DNA of 32,000 bases from contig CAYHAA010000001.1 of the NCBI GenBank assembly GCA_964354495.1, positions 188,075-220,074 of the forward strand. Direction: 5' to 3'. Origin of the DNA: an uncultured archaeon (GTDB lineage Archaea; Asgardarchaeota; Thorarchaeia; Thorarchaeales; Thorarchaeaceae). The notes beneath the pieces are model-generated. The model did not search any database and had not been told where the DNA came from. It worked only from the letters and a program-made list of their open reading frames with translations. Below are positions 18,744-26,793 of the stretch, piece after piece (position 1 is the stretch's first letter; each line of letters starts with the position of its first letter). Made by a program: the position numbers and the translations under genes.

Positions 18744-19679
18744 TTGTTTGTTTTCGAGAAAGAGCAAATAATCCATAACATTGGCGGAGTCAAGATTGGA
18801 GGAAATCTCGGCGAGACTCCAACTGTTCTTGCCGGAACCATCTTCTACAGCGGGCACAAGATCGTTGAGAGTGCGGAGAAAGGCATTTTTGACAAGAATC
18901 TAGCAAGAGACCTTCTGCTAAAACAGGATGAGATGTCTGAAATGACAGGCAATCCTGCACTCGTGCAGATCTTCGCAGAGTCTGAAGAGGCTGTGGTGCG
19001 CTACATTGATTTTGTCACCAAGCTGTCTGATGCCCCATTTCTTATTGACTCAACTGAACCCAGGGTTCGAATTGCTGGATTGAAACACTGCGAAGAGGTA
19101 GGTCTCTCTGATAAGGCCATCTACAACTCTATCAACGTGTCCGCAACTCCCAGTGAGATTGAAGTCTTGAAAGAGTTGCGTCACGAATCTGCTATTGTTC
19201 TAGCCTTCAATCCCCAAGACCCCTCAATCGCGGGGAGGCGAGCAGTTCTTGAGAAGCCTATCTTGGAGAGAGAAAAGGGCCTCCTAGACTTGTGTCGTGA
19301 CATAGGCGTGACAAAGCCTCTCATCGACACAGCTGTCACAGCCATGGGTGCTGGAGCAGGCTCTGCTGCGGCCTTCACCTTTGTTTCAAAAACGGTGTAT
19401 GGCCTACCAACCGGGTCTGGGGTGCACAATGCTCCTTCGTCATGGACCTGGCTGAAGAAACACAGGAAGATTGACCGTGAGGCATATTTCACAACTGATG
19501 CAGCATCGAATGTCATAGTGCAAATGATGGGTGCTGATTTCCTACTCTATGGCCCGATTGAGAATGCCAATCGTGTGTTCCCTGTTGCTGCCCTTGCAGA
19601 TATCTTTGCGGCAGAATCCGGCTACTTGGAATTTGGAATTGAGCCTGGAGATAATCATCCGTTCAAGAAACTTCTCTGA
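18744..19679 (+). CDS. mtrH: MtrH-family pterin methyltransferase, canonical-looking paralog 2
   Basis: PTVLAGTIFY, FLIDST, IYNSIN, VLAFN, LIDTA, SGVHN, GADFLLYGPIENA; TTG start after AGGAGG. Confidence 0.9.
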   Translation: MFVFEKEQIIHNIGGVKIGGNLGETPTVLAGTIFYSGHKIVESAEKGIFDKNLARDLLLKQDEMSEMTGNPALVQIFAESEEAVVRYIDFVTKLSDAPFLIDSTEPRVRIAGLKHCEEVGLSDKAIYNSINVSATPSEIEVLKELRHESAIVLAFNPQDPSIAGRRAVLEKPILEREKGLLDLCRDIGVTKPLIDTAVTAMGAGAGSAAAFTFVSKTVYGLPTGSGVHNAPSSWTWLKKHRKIDREAYFTTDAASNVIVQMMGADFLLYGPIENANRVFPVAALADIFAAESGYLEFGIEPGDNHPFKKLL

Positions 19680-19694
19680 TAGGTGATGGCAATT

Positions 19695-21086
19695 ATGCGA
19701 GGCGTCTTGAGACCAAAGGCAATCGGACTATCCTCGCTCAGGATGGGTCCATTCTATACGGTCGCCTCTGTTGAACTTGGCAATACCACAACAAAGTGCA
19801 TTCTGGTCACAACGAATCTGGAAACCGCAGAGATATTCGAAATCGAAAAGGAAGTCAGGATGACGCGTGACGTGAGACCTCCGCAGGCGGATGAACAGGT
19901 ATTTGGCGAAACTCTGTTCGGAGTGCAATTGACTCGGGAATCAGTTGCTGAATTGGTCTCGAGTGTGCTAATCGCTGCCACGTCTCGGGCAGGAATCAAT
20001 ATTGAACGTGATCTTCACTTTGTAGTTCGCTCCACAGGCATCACTGCTAGCTTCGCCAATCCATCTGATGTTGGTGTTATCGTACAAGCTCTCGCGACTG
20101 GCTGTATTCAGGCAGGAATTCCCCCTCGAAAAATGACTGCGTCGATATCAGCTAAGAACTTGCCCACGGGTCTGCGAGAACTCACGTGGCTGAAGAAAGT
20201 GTATTTTGATGGGGCTGTTGCGTCCTCACTTCCACCAGCAAATACGGAAGTCGTTGCCAATGAGATGGAAGGCGAGCTGGTGACTGCAGGTATCAAGGGC
20301 GCAGTCAAGGGCACTGCTATCGATTTCAGGAACCCTGTGATGACCTTGGACTTCGGGACCACGCTTGCTGGCCGCATCACTGACAATGGATATCCGTATG
20401 CACGGACTATCGGCTCGTTTGCCGGGTTGGCTGGTGCAATACCCGATGCAATTACTCGTGGGTCTGGTCTGGTTCAATCTGAAACAGGGTGTGTTCTTGA
20501 TTTGCCTCATAGAGGCAGAATGTCGAAGATAGATATCAATCCGGAGCTGCTCGAACAAGTAAAGCGAATCATCCGGATCGAACGGGTCCCAAGAGGCTCG
20601 TCTCGATTTGGAACAGTACCAGTCAACACAGACGCCGCAGAAGAGTCGAATATCGTTCTAATCGGCGTGGACGCTGACCTCACCGCACTGGAGCGTTTCG
20701 GCTCCAGATTCAGTGGTTCAGAGGATGGAGCGTATCTGCTCCCCCTATTCGATAATCTTCAGGCGTGGATCCTACAGCGCATCGTGAGCATTGCTGACAC
20801 CGAGGGTCTAGTTCTTGATGAGACCTCCCTGGGACTGACAGGTAGGGCAATCACGAGCGGCCAGAAACCAAAACTGATCACTAAAGGGCTTCGGCTGAAT
20901 ACCGGAGACCTCTGGACAACATCGCACCAACTCGTCTTTGTGGAGGATGGTCTTGCAATGGGAGCTGCAGTAGCTGCAAGGTGCATGAACTCCATGGGGA
21001 CGCCACACAATCCAATGGGCGGTCGCAAAGGCGACCGATGTATCATGACTGAGAGGATGAAGCTTCAAGCTAAGAGGAAATCGTAA
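19695..21086 (+). CDS. Methanogenesis marker protein 14 (DUF2114; ASKHA ATPase fold)
   Basis: VASVELGNTTTKCIL, MTRDVRPP, LDFGTTLAG, VEDGLA.GAAV.ARCMNSMGTP.NP.GG motifs. Start is one of 19683, 19686 or 19695; 19695 has the best RBS spacing. Confidence 0.85.
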   Translation: MRGVLRPKAIGLSSLRMGPFYTVASVELGNTTTKCILVTTNLETAEIFEIEKEVRMTRDVRPPQADEQVFGETLFGVQLTRESVAELVSSVLIAATSRAGINIERDLHFVVRSTGITASFANPSDVGVIVQALATGCIQAGIPPRKMTASISAKNLPTGLRELTWLKKVYFDGAVASSLPPANTEVVANEMEGELVTAGIKGAVKGTAIDFRNPVMTLDFGTTLAGRITDNGYPYARTIGSFAGLAGAIPDAITRGSGLVQSETGCVLDLPHRGRMSKIDINPELLEQVKRIIRIERVPRGSSRFGTVPVNTDAAEESNIVLIGVDADLTALERFGSRFSGSEDGAYLLPLFDNLQAWILQRIVSIADTEGLVLDETSLGLTGRAITSGQKPKLITKGLRLNTGDLWTTSHQLVFVEDGLAMGAAVAARCMNSMGTPHNPMGGRKGDRCIMTERMKLQAKRKS

Positions 21087-21174
21087 TCGTTCTGCAATCC
21101 TTGGACGGTCGTCCATGATGTTCTTTGACAGTCTTTATCTTGATATCAATGTCTGTCTTGACCGGCGATCAACA

Positions 21175-21954
21175 ATGCTTGTGTACCCTATCAAGACACG
21201 CATCATTACAGAGAAAGATAACATCCTTGATGTCTTACTTGAGAGCCTTGCTCTTGCGGACATGGAGATTCTGGACAATGACATCATCACCGTTGCTGAA
21301 ACCCCACTTGGGACAACAGAAGGACGTATCGTGAAATTGTCAGATATCAAGGTTTCAAAGGAGGCTGCAAAGCTTGCAAAGAGGTATGAGTTGCTCCCTG
21401 AGATTGCTCAGTTGATCATACAAGAGGCGGATGAAATATTGGGGGGCATTCCTCATGTCGTCCTCACAATAAAGAACAACACTTTGATGGCTAATGCCGG
21501 GATTGACAAATCGAATGCGCCGCCAGGGCATGCATCACTGCTTCCACTGGATTCTCGTGCAAGTGCGGAGCGACTACGAGCAGAAGTGAAGAAGAGGACA
21601 GGGAAGACCATTGGCGTCATGATCATTGATAGCAGAACTCAGCCACTGAGACTTGGAAATATAGGCCTGGCTCTGGGAGTTGCAGGTTTCAAACCTGTCG
21701 CTGATGATCGGGGACGCAAGGACCTCTTCGGGAATGTGTTACGAATCACGAGAAGAGCTGTGGCCGATAATCTGGCCTCTGCATGCACAGCTGTCATTGG
21801 CGAGTCCAATGAGTCCGTCCCAGCGGCATTGATACGTGACGCTCCTGCTGAGTTTGTTGACGAGTCATTTGATTCATCTGAGATGTGGATTTCTCCAACG
21901 GAGTGTATGTATATGGCTATCTTCAACCAATGGCGTCAAGGTTATACAAACTGA
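21175..21954 (+). CDS. cofE: Coenzyme F420-0:L-glutamate ligase (CofE family)
   Basis: ANAGIDKSN, IIDSRTQPLRLG...A.GVAG, DLFG..L.IT..AVAD.LA, GES.E..P. Start placed at ATG 21175. Confidence 0.85.
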   Translation: MLVYPIKTRIITEKDNILDVLLESLALADMEILDNDIITVAETPLGTTEGRIVKLSDIKVSKEAAKLAKRYELLPEIAQLIIQEADEILGGIPHVVLTIKNNTLMANAGIDKSNAPPGHASLLPLDSRASAERLRAEVKKRTGKTIGVMIIDSRTQPLRLGNIGLALGVAGFKPVADDRGRKDLFGNVLRITRRAVADNLASACTAVIGESNESVPAALIRDAPAEFVDESFDSSEMWISPTECMYMAIFNQWRQGYTN

Positions 21955-22081
21955 CAATCTTATTTAGTACCAGTCATATGAAATAGGTGCACTTCATCAC
22001 CAAGCGGATGTGTCCCTCTTCGAGAGAAGAACGGCCCCGGTAGTGTTCTATCATCACGGTGGAGTACAGACAGGAGTATCG

Positions 22082-23440
22082 ATGGATTTGGCGAAGAAAA
22101 GAGTTCTAATCGACGTCGCGAATGCAGGAGCCTCTGGGGACATGTTCCTCTCTGCATTGATTGATCTTATTGGGGAAGATGACGTTCTTTTGCCTGTCGC
22201 TGCCAGTCTTCTGATATACGACCCTTCTTTCAGACTATCTGTGACCTCTAAGTCTCACTCAGGATACACCGGTAGGCAGCTGCAAATCACTCGTAATCCT
22301 GCTATACGACTCAATCCTGACTCGCTGATGGGAGCCCTACTTTCAGTTGCAGAAGAGATTGAACTTACGCCTCGAGCAAAGAATCTTGCCAAGGAAGCTC
22401 TGACAATCATCTTTCAGGCAGAAAGCAGAGCGCATAACAAACCAATATCTGAACTGCGGCTGCATGAAACTGGGTCCATTGATACAGTGTTGGACCTTGT
22501 GGGTACTGCATATCTTCTAGAACGCGCAGGACTGCTGGAAGATGCCGAGTTCGTTGCGACACGCGTTGCGGTTGGCAGCGGCACAATTGCGACAGAGCAA
22601 GGAGACCTCGAAGTTCCCGGACCAGCAGTTGCTGAGATTCTGGTCGGGCACGACATTCTCTTCCATAACGGTGAAGCCCGGACCGAGGTACTGACTCCAA
22701 CGGGAGCTGCACTTTTGGCCGCAATCACCAAAGTCTATGTGGATGCCTACGATGGCTTTGTGGCACAGAATCAGGGAATTGGTTTTGGTACCCGTGACTT
22801 GGGCAACATCCCGAACATGATGCGCATTGTAGTTGGCGAACTTGTTGTCCAAGAGGAAAAGAAGCCAGTTTCACCTCCAAAGGAAGAATCAAAGAAAGCG
22901 GCTGCGAAGGAGGGAAAAGCACCACCGGATTCGAAATCAAAGGCTGAAGAACGTTCGGAAGTGCTTGACGAGTGGAGTGCTGATGAGGTAGTTGTCATTG
23001 AAACGAATGTCGATGATGTTGACGGTGAGACCCTTGGTAGCCTCTTTGATACGCTGCTCGTAGAAGGATTGGCCTATGATGTCATTGTCATCCCAGCGTT
23101 TGGCAAGAAGAATCGACCATGTTTCCTCGTGAAGGTCATTGCGGCAAAGACAGGTCTGAAGAGTATTGCAGAGGTCATGATGCGCCATCTAGGAACAACT
23201 GGAATTCGATACTCGACTTGGCGACGATTGAAGGCAGCACGTGAAACAATCGTCTGTAGCCTGAACATTGATGACAAAGAATACATGGTTCGTGTCAAAG
23301 TTTCTCGCACGACAGATGGAAGTATCATCAGTATCAAACCAGAAGATGATGATGTGGAGCGTGTATCTCGTGAAACCGGCATTCCTATTCGTGAACTGAA
23401 ACCGAGGATTGCAATGCAGGCTCACGCGGTCACTGAGTAA
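22082..23440 (+). CDS. larC: LarC-like nickel-pincer cofactor Ni-insertase (DUF111)
   Basis: GASGDMFL.AL, HETGSID...D.VG, VPGPA, TPTGAA, GFG, ETNVDD..GE, KKNRP, TTG.R, KPE.DD; AGGAG RBS before ATG 22082. Confidence 0.85.
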   Translation: MDLAKKRVLIDVANAGASGDMFLSALIDLIGEDDVLLPVAASLLIYDPSFRLSVTSKSHSGYTGRQLQITRNPAIRLNPDSLMGALLSVAEEIELTPRAKNLAKEALTIIFQAESRAHNKPISELRLHETGSIDTVLDLVGTAYLLERAGLLEDAEFVATRVAVGSGTIATEQGDLEVPGPAVAEILVGHDILFHNGEARTEVLTPTGAALLAAITKVYVDAYDGFVAQNQGIGFGTRDLGNIPNMMRIVVGELVVQEEKKPVSPPKEESKKAAAKEGKAPPDSKSKAEERSEVLDEWSADEVVVIETNVDDVDGETLGSLFDTLLVEGLAYDVIVIPAFGKKNRPCFLVKVIAAKTGLKSIAEVMMRHLGTTGIRYSTWRRLKAARETIVCSLNIDDKEYMVRVKVSRTTDGSIISIKPEDDDVERVSRETGIPIRELKPRIAMQAHAVTE

Positions 23441-25712
23441 TAAGTTGCAGCTGGCCCGGATCTCCTCCTTTCACTTGTCCGAGGTACTGTGCAGGAATCA
23501 GGTTCTCAAAGGCACGCTCACACAGGTCTGAATACGCTCTTGGATCATATCTTGTCGACTCATCGAAGAGTTCCAGTGCTTTCACTCTCCGTAATGGATT
23601 CGTCGAGTCTGCATGGACCATGACGTACCTGACCCGTTGCCCTGCGTGAAGCTCTTGTCCCGCCTTGGCAAGCTGTTGAGCGACAACAGCGGCTCTTGAC
23701 ACGGCACGATATTCATGAGGGTCTCTAGTCAGATTTGCGTTCAGGATGAGGTCTCTGAGGTCAACATCATAGTCGTAGAGTCTATCCATATATCTGAAAC
23801 AGACCTCGTATGCCTCGGGCATACGCTGTAGAAAGCCGGCCTTATCAGTAGCTTGGGCTAGTGTCTTAATCATGGCCATCTGACAGTCGCCAACATAGAG
23901 ACAGGTGTCCCTTCTTCGGGTCTCTATCCCTCGCGTCTTGATTCCCCCGTTCCTGTAGACTCCATAGTATCGATTCAGTGGTGCAATTGATGGATGCAGT
24001 CGTGACGATGGGATGACCATCCATTTGTAGACTCCCTTTGGGGACATCTTGATGTTGACTTTCTCGGACACACGTTTGCAGAATTCCAGAACGGTCCTGT
24101 ATTCCACTCTCTCCTTGTTTGCCCTCAACCAGACTGAGTCCACAATGCCGTGTAGCATCTCAAGCCCCATCTCCTCCCCAATCTCCTGGGTTTCAAGCAT
24201 GACCTCCCTTGAAAGTGCAGTGACCGCGGTATGCGCCTCAACTCTTCCGAACTTTGCGTTCTTGAATCCGAGATATCCAAAACACGAAACCAGCACTCCC
24301 TTCAGAGTGTTCTGCATAATCTCATACTTCTCAGTGTCGCGTCCCTGTTCTATCAGTTTCTTGATGTCGGTCCGTCTATTGACAAGCATTTCCAATGACT
24401 TGGATACTATCCCTCTCCTGTGTGTGCATATTCTAAAGCTCTGCTGAGGAATCTCGATGCAGTATTGGTAATCATATGGGCACTTGGTCCTCGTACAGAT
24501 TGTTTCCGGGCTGATATTCCTGGTGACCATGAGCGTTGGGTACATCGATGAGAAGTCGCACTCTGCAATGTCCTCATAGATGTCCGGTCTTGGTTGGAAA
24601 ATCAAACCTCCCCTGTCTATGGATGTCAGTTCAGTGATTGTCTTCAAGAACTCTGGATTCCGTTTGATAGGTGGTATAAGAATGTCCATCTTGTAGGCAT
24701 TGTAGAACTGTACCGCCGCGTTCACCGCGCCAATCGTCATCTGTGAGACCCTGTGCGGTCTGCCCAGAGCAAGCCTGCAGCTCTCTATGATTCCCTCCAA
24801 TCCCATTGGCGAATAGAAATGCATGCCTGTCCTTCCCCGGTCGATGTGAATTCTCCCGTTCAATATGACATGCGTTCCTGACCTGAACATGATTCGATTG
24901 TATTGCCAGAACGACTGAGGTTCAGTGAAGACCACGTTCAATGGTGACTTGTCTCGGGATAGTGTCAGTTCCACTCCGTTGACCTTGGATCGTATGGTGA
25001 GGTATCGAAAGAGGTCATCATCTCCTCCTCTACTGATTATCACATCAGGGTCTATCTCATCAATGACGGCTTGGAAGTGTCTGAGAATCTCTCCCTCGTC
25101 ATCATCCTGGATGTCTACGGTCCCACCTCTATGATAGACCTCAATATGCTGGATTCTGTCCTCCATCTTGGGGAAGATCTGCTCTGTGGCTATGAACACC
25201 TCAAAGTCCATCATCTCAAGTTCTGGAATGTCATACTCTGGGTTCTCTCGCTTGTCAAGGCCTCTGATACTGATGACCTCATCCCCTCTCAGTTCAAACT
25301 CTACACGTCCAAAAGCGAACATGTCATTGGCTATGAAGAACTGCTGAACTGGATTAATATCCGCATGGAATACTGTGGCTCCCGGCAGCAGCTCAAGATC
25401 TTTTGCCACTTCCTGAAGTGCATCTGGTGTAGTGAACACCTGTAGGACCGGTGTCTTCTCTTCATCATAGACACTGGTGTATCTGTGTACGATTTTTGCG
25501 TCAACGACCCTTGGGTGTTCGAGAACTGTTTGCAGGATGCCTGTTTCAGTCCAGTCCCTGCTTCCAATCATATCTGTACTGACAAAGACTGAGGGATTGA
25601 ACCCGCGATAGGTGTAGCCCTTGGTCTTTCCCTCCGCCTTGATCCAGAGGGTCAGTGCCTGCTTCTCGTTGTCCACATTGGCGTCCAGAAGCCATCCAGT
25701 TGTGCTCGTCAG
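23430..25712 (-). CDS. polB2: Family B DNA polymerase, PolB2 (Dpo2) group
   Basis: Motif A DFSSMYP, motif B K..L.S.FGYLG, altered motif C HGIVDS typical of PolB2, KTRGIE; degenerate exonuclease motifs. The frame continues upstream of the tracked GTG (25676) through GWLLD to a CTG at 25712. Confidence 0.88.
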   Translation of the reverse strand: MTSTTGWLLDANVDNEKQALTLWIKAEGKTKGYTYRGFNPSVFVSTDMIGSRDWTETGILQTVLEHPRVVDAKIVHRYTSVYDEEKTPVLQVFTTPDALQEVAKDLELLPGATVFHADINPVQQFFIANDMFAFGRVEFELRGDEVISIRGLDKRENPEYDIPELEMMDFEVFIATEQIFPKMEDRIQHIEVYHRGGTVDIQDDDEGEILRHFQAVIDEIDPDVIISRGGDDDLFRYLTIRSKVNGVELTLSRDKSPLNVVFTEPQSFWQYNRIMFRSGTHVILNGRIHIDRGRTGMHFYSPMGLEGIIESCRLALGRPHRVSQMTIGAVNAAVQFYNAYKMDILIPPIKRNPEFLKTITELTSIDRGGLIFQPRPDIYEDIAECDFSSMYPTLMVTRNISPETICTRTKCPYDYQYCIEIPQQSFRICTHRRGIVSKSLEMLVNRRTDIKKLIEQGRDTEKYEIMQNTLKGVLVSCFGYLGFKNAKFGRVEAHTAVTALSREVMLETQEIGEEMGLEMLHGIVDSVWLRANKERVEYRTVLEFCKRVSEKVNIKMSPKGVYKWMVIPSSRLHPSIAPLNRYYGVYRNGGIKTRGIETRRRDTCLYVGDCQMAMIKTLAQATDKAGFLQRMPEAYEVCFRYMDRLYDYDVDLRDLILNANLTRDPHEYRAVSRAAVVAQQLAKAGQELHAGQRVRYVMVHADSTNPLRRVKALELFDESTRYDPRAYSDLCERAFENLIPAQYLGQVKGGDPGQLQLITQ

Positions 25713-25984
25713 GGGTTGCTCCTCTCCCGCATTTGCTCCAGAGCTTCAACCCTCTTTCCAATCAGATCAATCTCTTCTTGCATTCTGAGGACTGCAGAGA
25801 GGAGAATGACCTCCGTAATGCGTGGCGTTGGAATCATCGTGCCTGCGTCTGCTAGGCTCCTCGCATGATCGAATATTCTATCGAAGACCTCTCTCTGGGC
25901 TGGTCTGAGGGTACGCCTGAATTCTTTCCAGCGATCCTCCTCAATCCTGATTGCATCTCTGAATGTACGGACTGTGCGTCCCAT
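25709..25984 (-). CDS. Small conserved PolB2-associated helical protein (arCOG07300-like)
   Basis: N-terminus MGRTVRTFR...W..FRR.L; directly upstream of polB2 with a 4-nt overlap, the arrangement known for PolB2 operons. Confidence 0.75.
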   Translation of the reverse strand: MGRTVRTFRDAIRIEEDRWKEFRRTLRPAQREVFDRIFDHARSLADAGTMIPTPRITEVILLSAVLRMQEEIDLIGKRVEALEQMRERSNP

Positions 25985-26164
25985 GTCTGGATCCTCTTAG
26001 TATATTCCTGAACTCAACTCGTCCGACCATTATCCTGCATCCCCGATGATTGTGGGTTTTACTAGTGCGATTGGTACGTCCAAGAGGATACGAACGAGGG
26101 GGGCAGTCTCCCGAAAGTAAACTATAATACTCCTCACTCCAAGGTATGAATTGGTGGTTGGGAA

Positions 26165-26638
26165 TTGGCTTACAGAGTGATAATTCGTTGCCCAGATGCA
26201 GAGGACATCATCAGACTCCTCAAGGAGAAGCATGGCGCTGACTACTCACGGGTATGGCGAATAGATGGCCGCACATTTGGAGTATTCTCATTTGAGAGGA
26301 GCGCAATTTTCCCTTATACTTCGTATGTCAGTTTAATCACGCTTGAACATGACAAGACTTCAGAGAGATGTGACATCACCATAATCGGAGCAGGGGGCTC
26401 AGTGAGAGGAGTCACTGAACTGGATTCTCCTAGAGCAGGTCAAGTGCAAGATCTTGCCAGTCTAGCTAAGGCGCGGGGATGGGAGACACACATAGAAGAA
26501 GCAAAGATAAAATCGCGAGGTAGTCCATGTCCTAACTGCGGCTCAGCTTATGTCTATTCTAAAGACAAGATTCAGGCAGATGGCTCAGTGGTCTGCCAGA
26601 ACTGCGGAAAACCATTCATGATTCAAGAAGGACGATGA
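26165..26638 (+). CDS. Hypothetical protein with C-terminal Zn ribbon (N-terminus loosely DUF6054-like)
   Basis: CPNC-x17-CQNC; alpha/beta N-terminal domain with FER..SL...I.AGG; fills an otherwise empty gap; TTG start after GGTGG. Confidence 0.7.
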   Translation: MAYRVIIRCPDAEDIIRLLKEKHGADYSRVWRIDGRTFGVFSFERSAIFPYTSYVSLITLEHDKTSERCDITIIGAGGSVRGVTELDSPRAGQVQDLASLAKARGWETHIEEAKIKSRGSPCPNCGSAYVYSKDKIQADGSVVCQNCGKPFMIQEGR

Positions 26639-26793
26639 ATAGTGCATGTTTGATGCCGGCTACACATGCAACCAGCTTATTCCTAGGGCCTGTTCTTCAT
26701 CATCTATTCAATCGGCATAGACTCAAATAGCGGAAATAACATTTATCGCCCGGTGTCCCAAGAGTGGATACCAACTAGTTCAGGGTGCATAAG

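Noticed and set aside
17122-21086. Evidence that the organism is a methanogen
   Set aside because: There are no mcr or membrane mtrBCDEFG genes in the window and MtrA is unanchored. MtrA and MtrH occur in non-methanogens; the rest of the genome is unseen.
25546-25761. 71-aa minus-strand ORF, considered as a frameshifted polB2 N-terminus
   Set aside because: The polB2 frame itself is open to the CTG at 25712 and holds GWLLD, so no frameshift is needed.
25990-26087. ATCCTCTT...AAGAGGAT inverted repeat upstream of the polB2 operon
   Set aside because: It is only 8 bp with a ~80-nt spacer, which is compatible with chance.
26030-26233. 67-aa minus-strand ORF, considered as a remnant of the RadA-like PolB2 partner
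   Set aside because: It has no Walker motifs and overlaps the promoter region and start of the 26165 gene.
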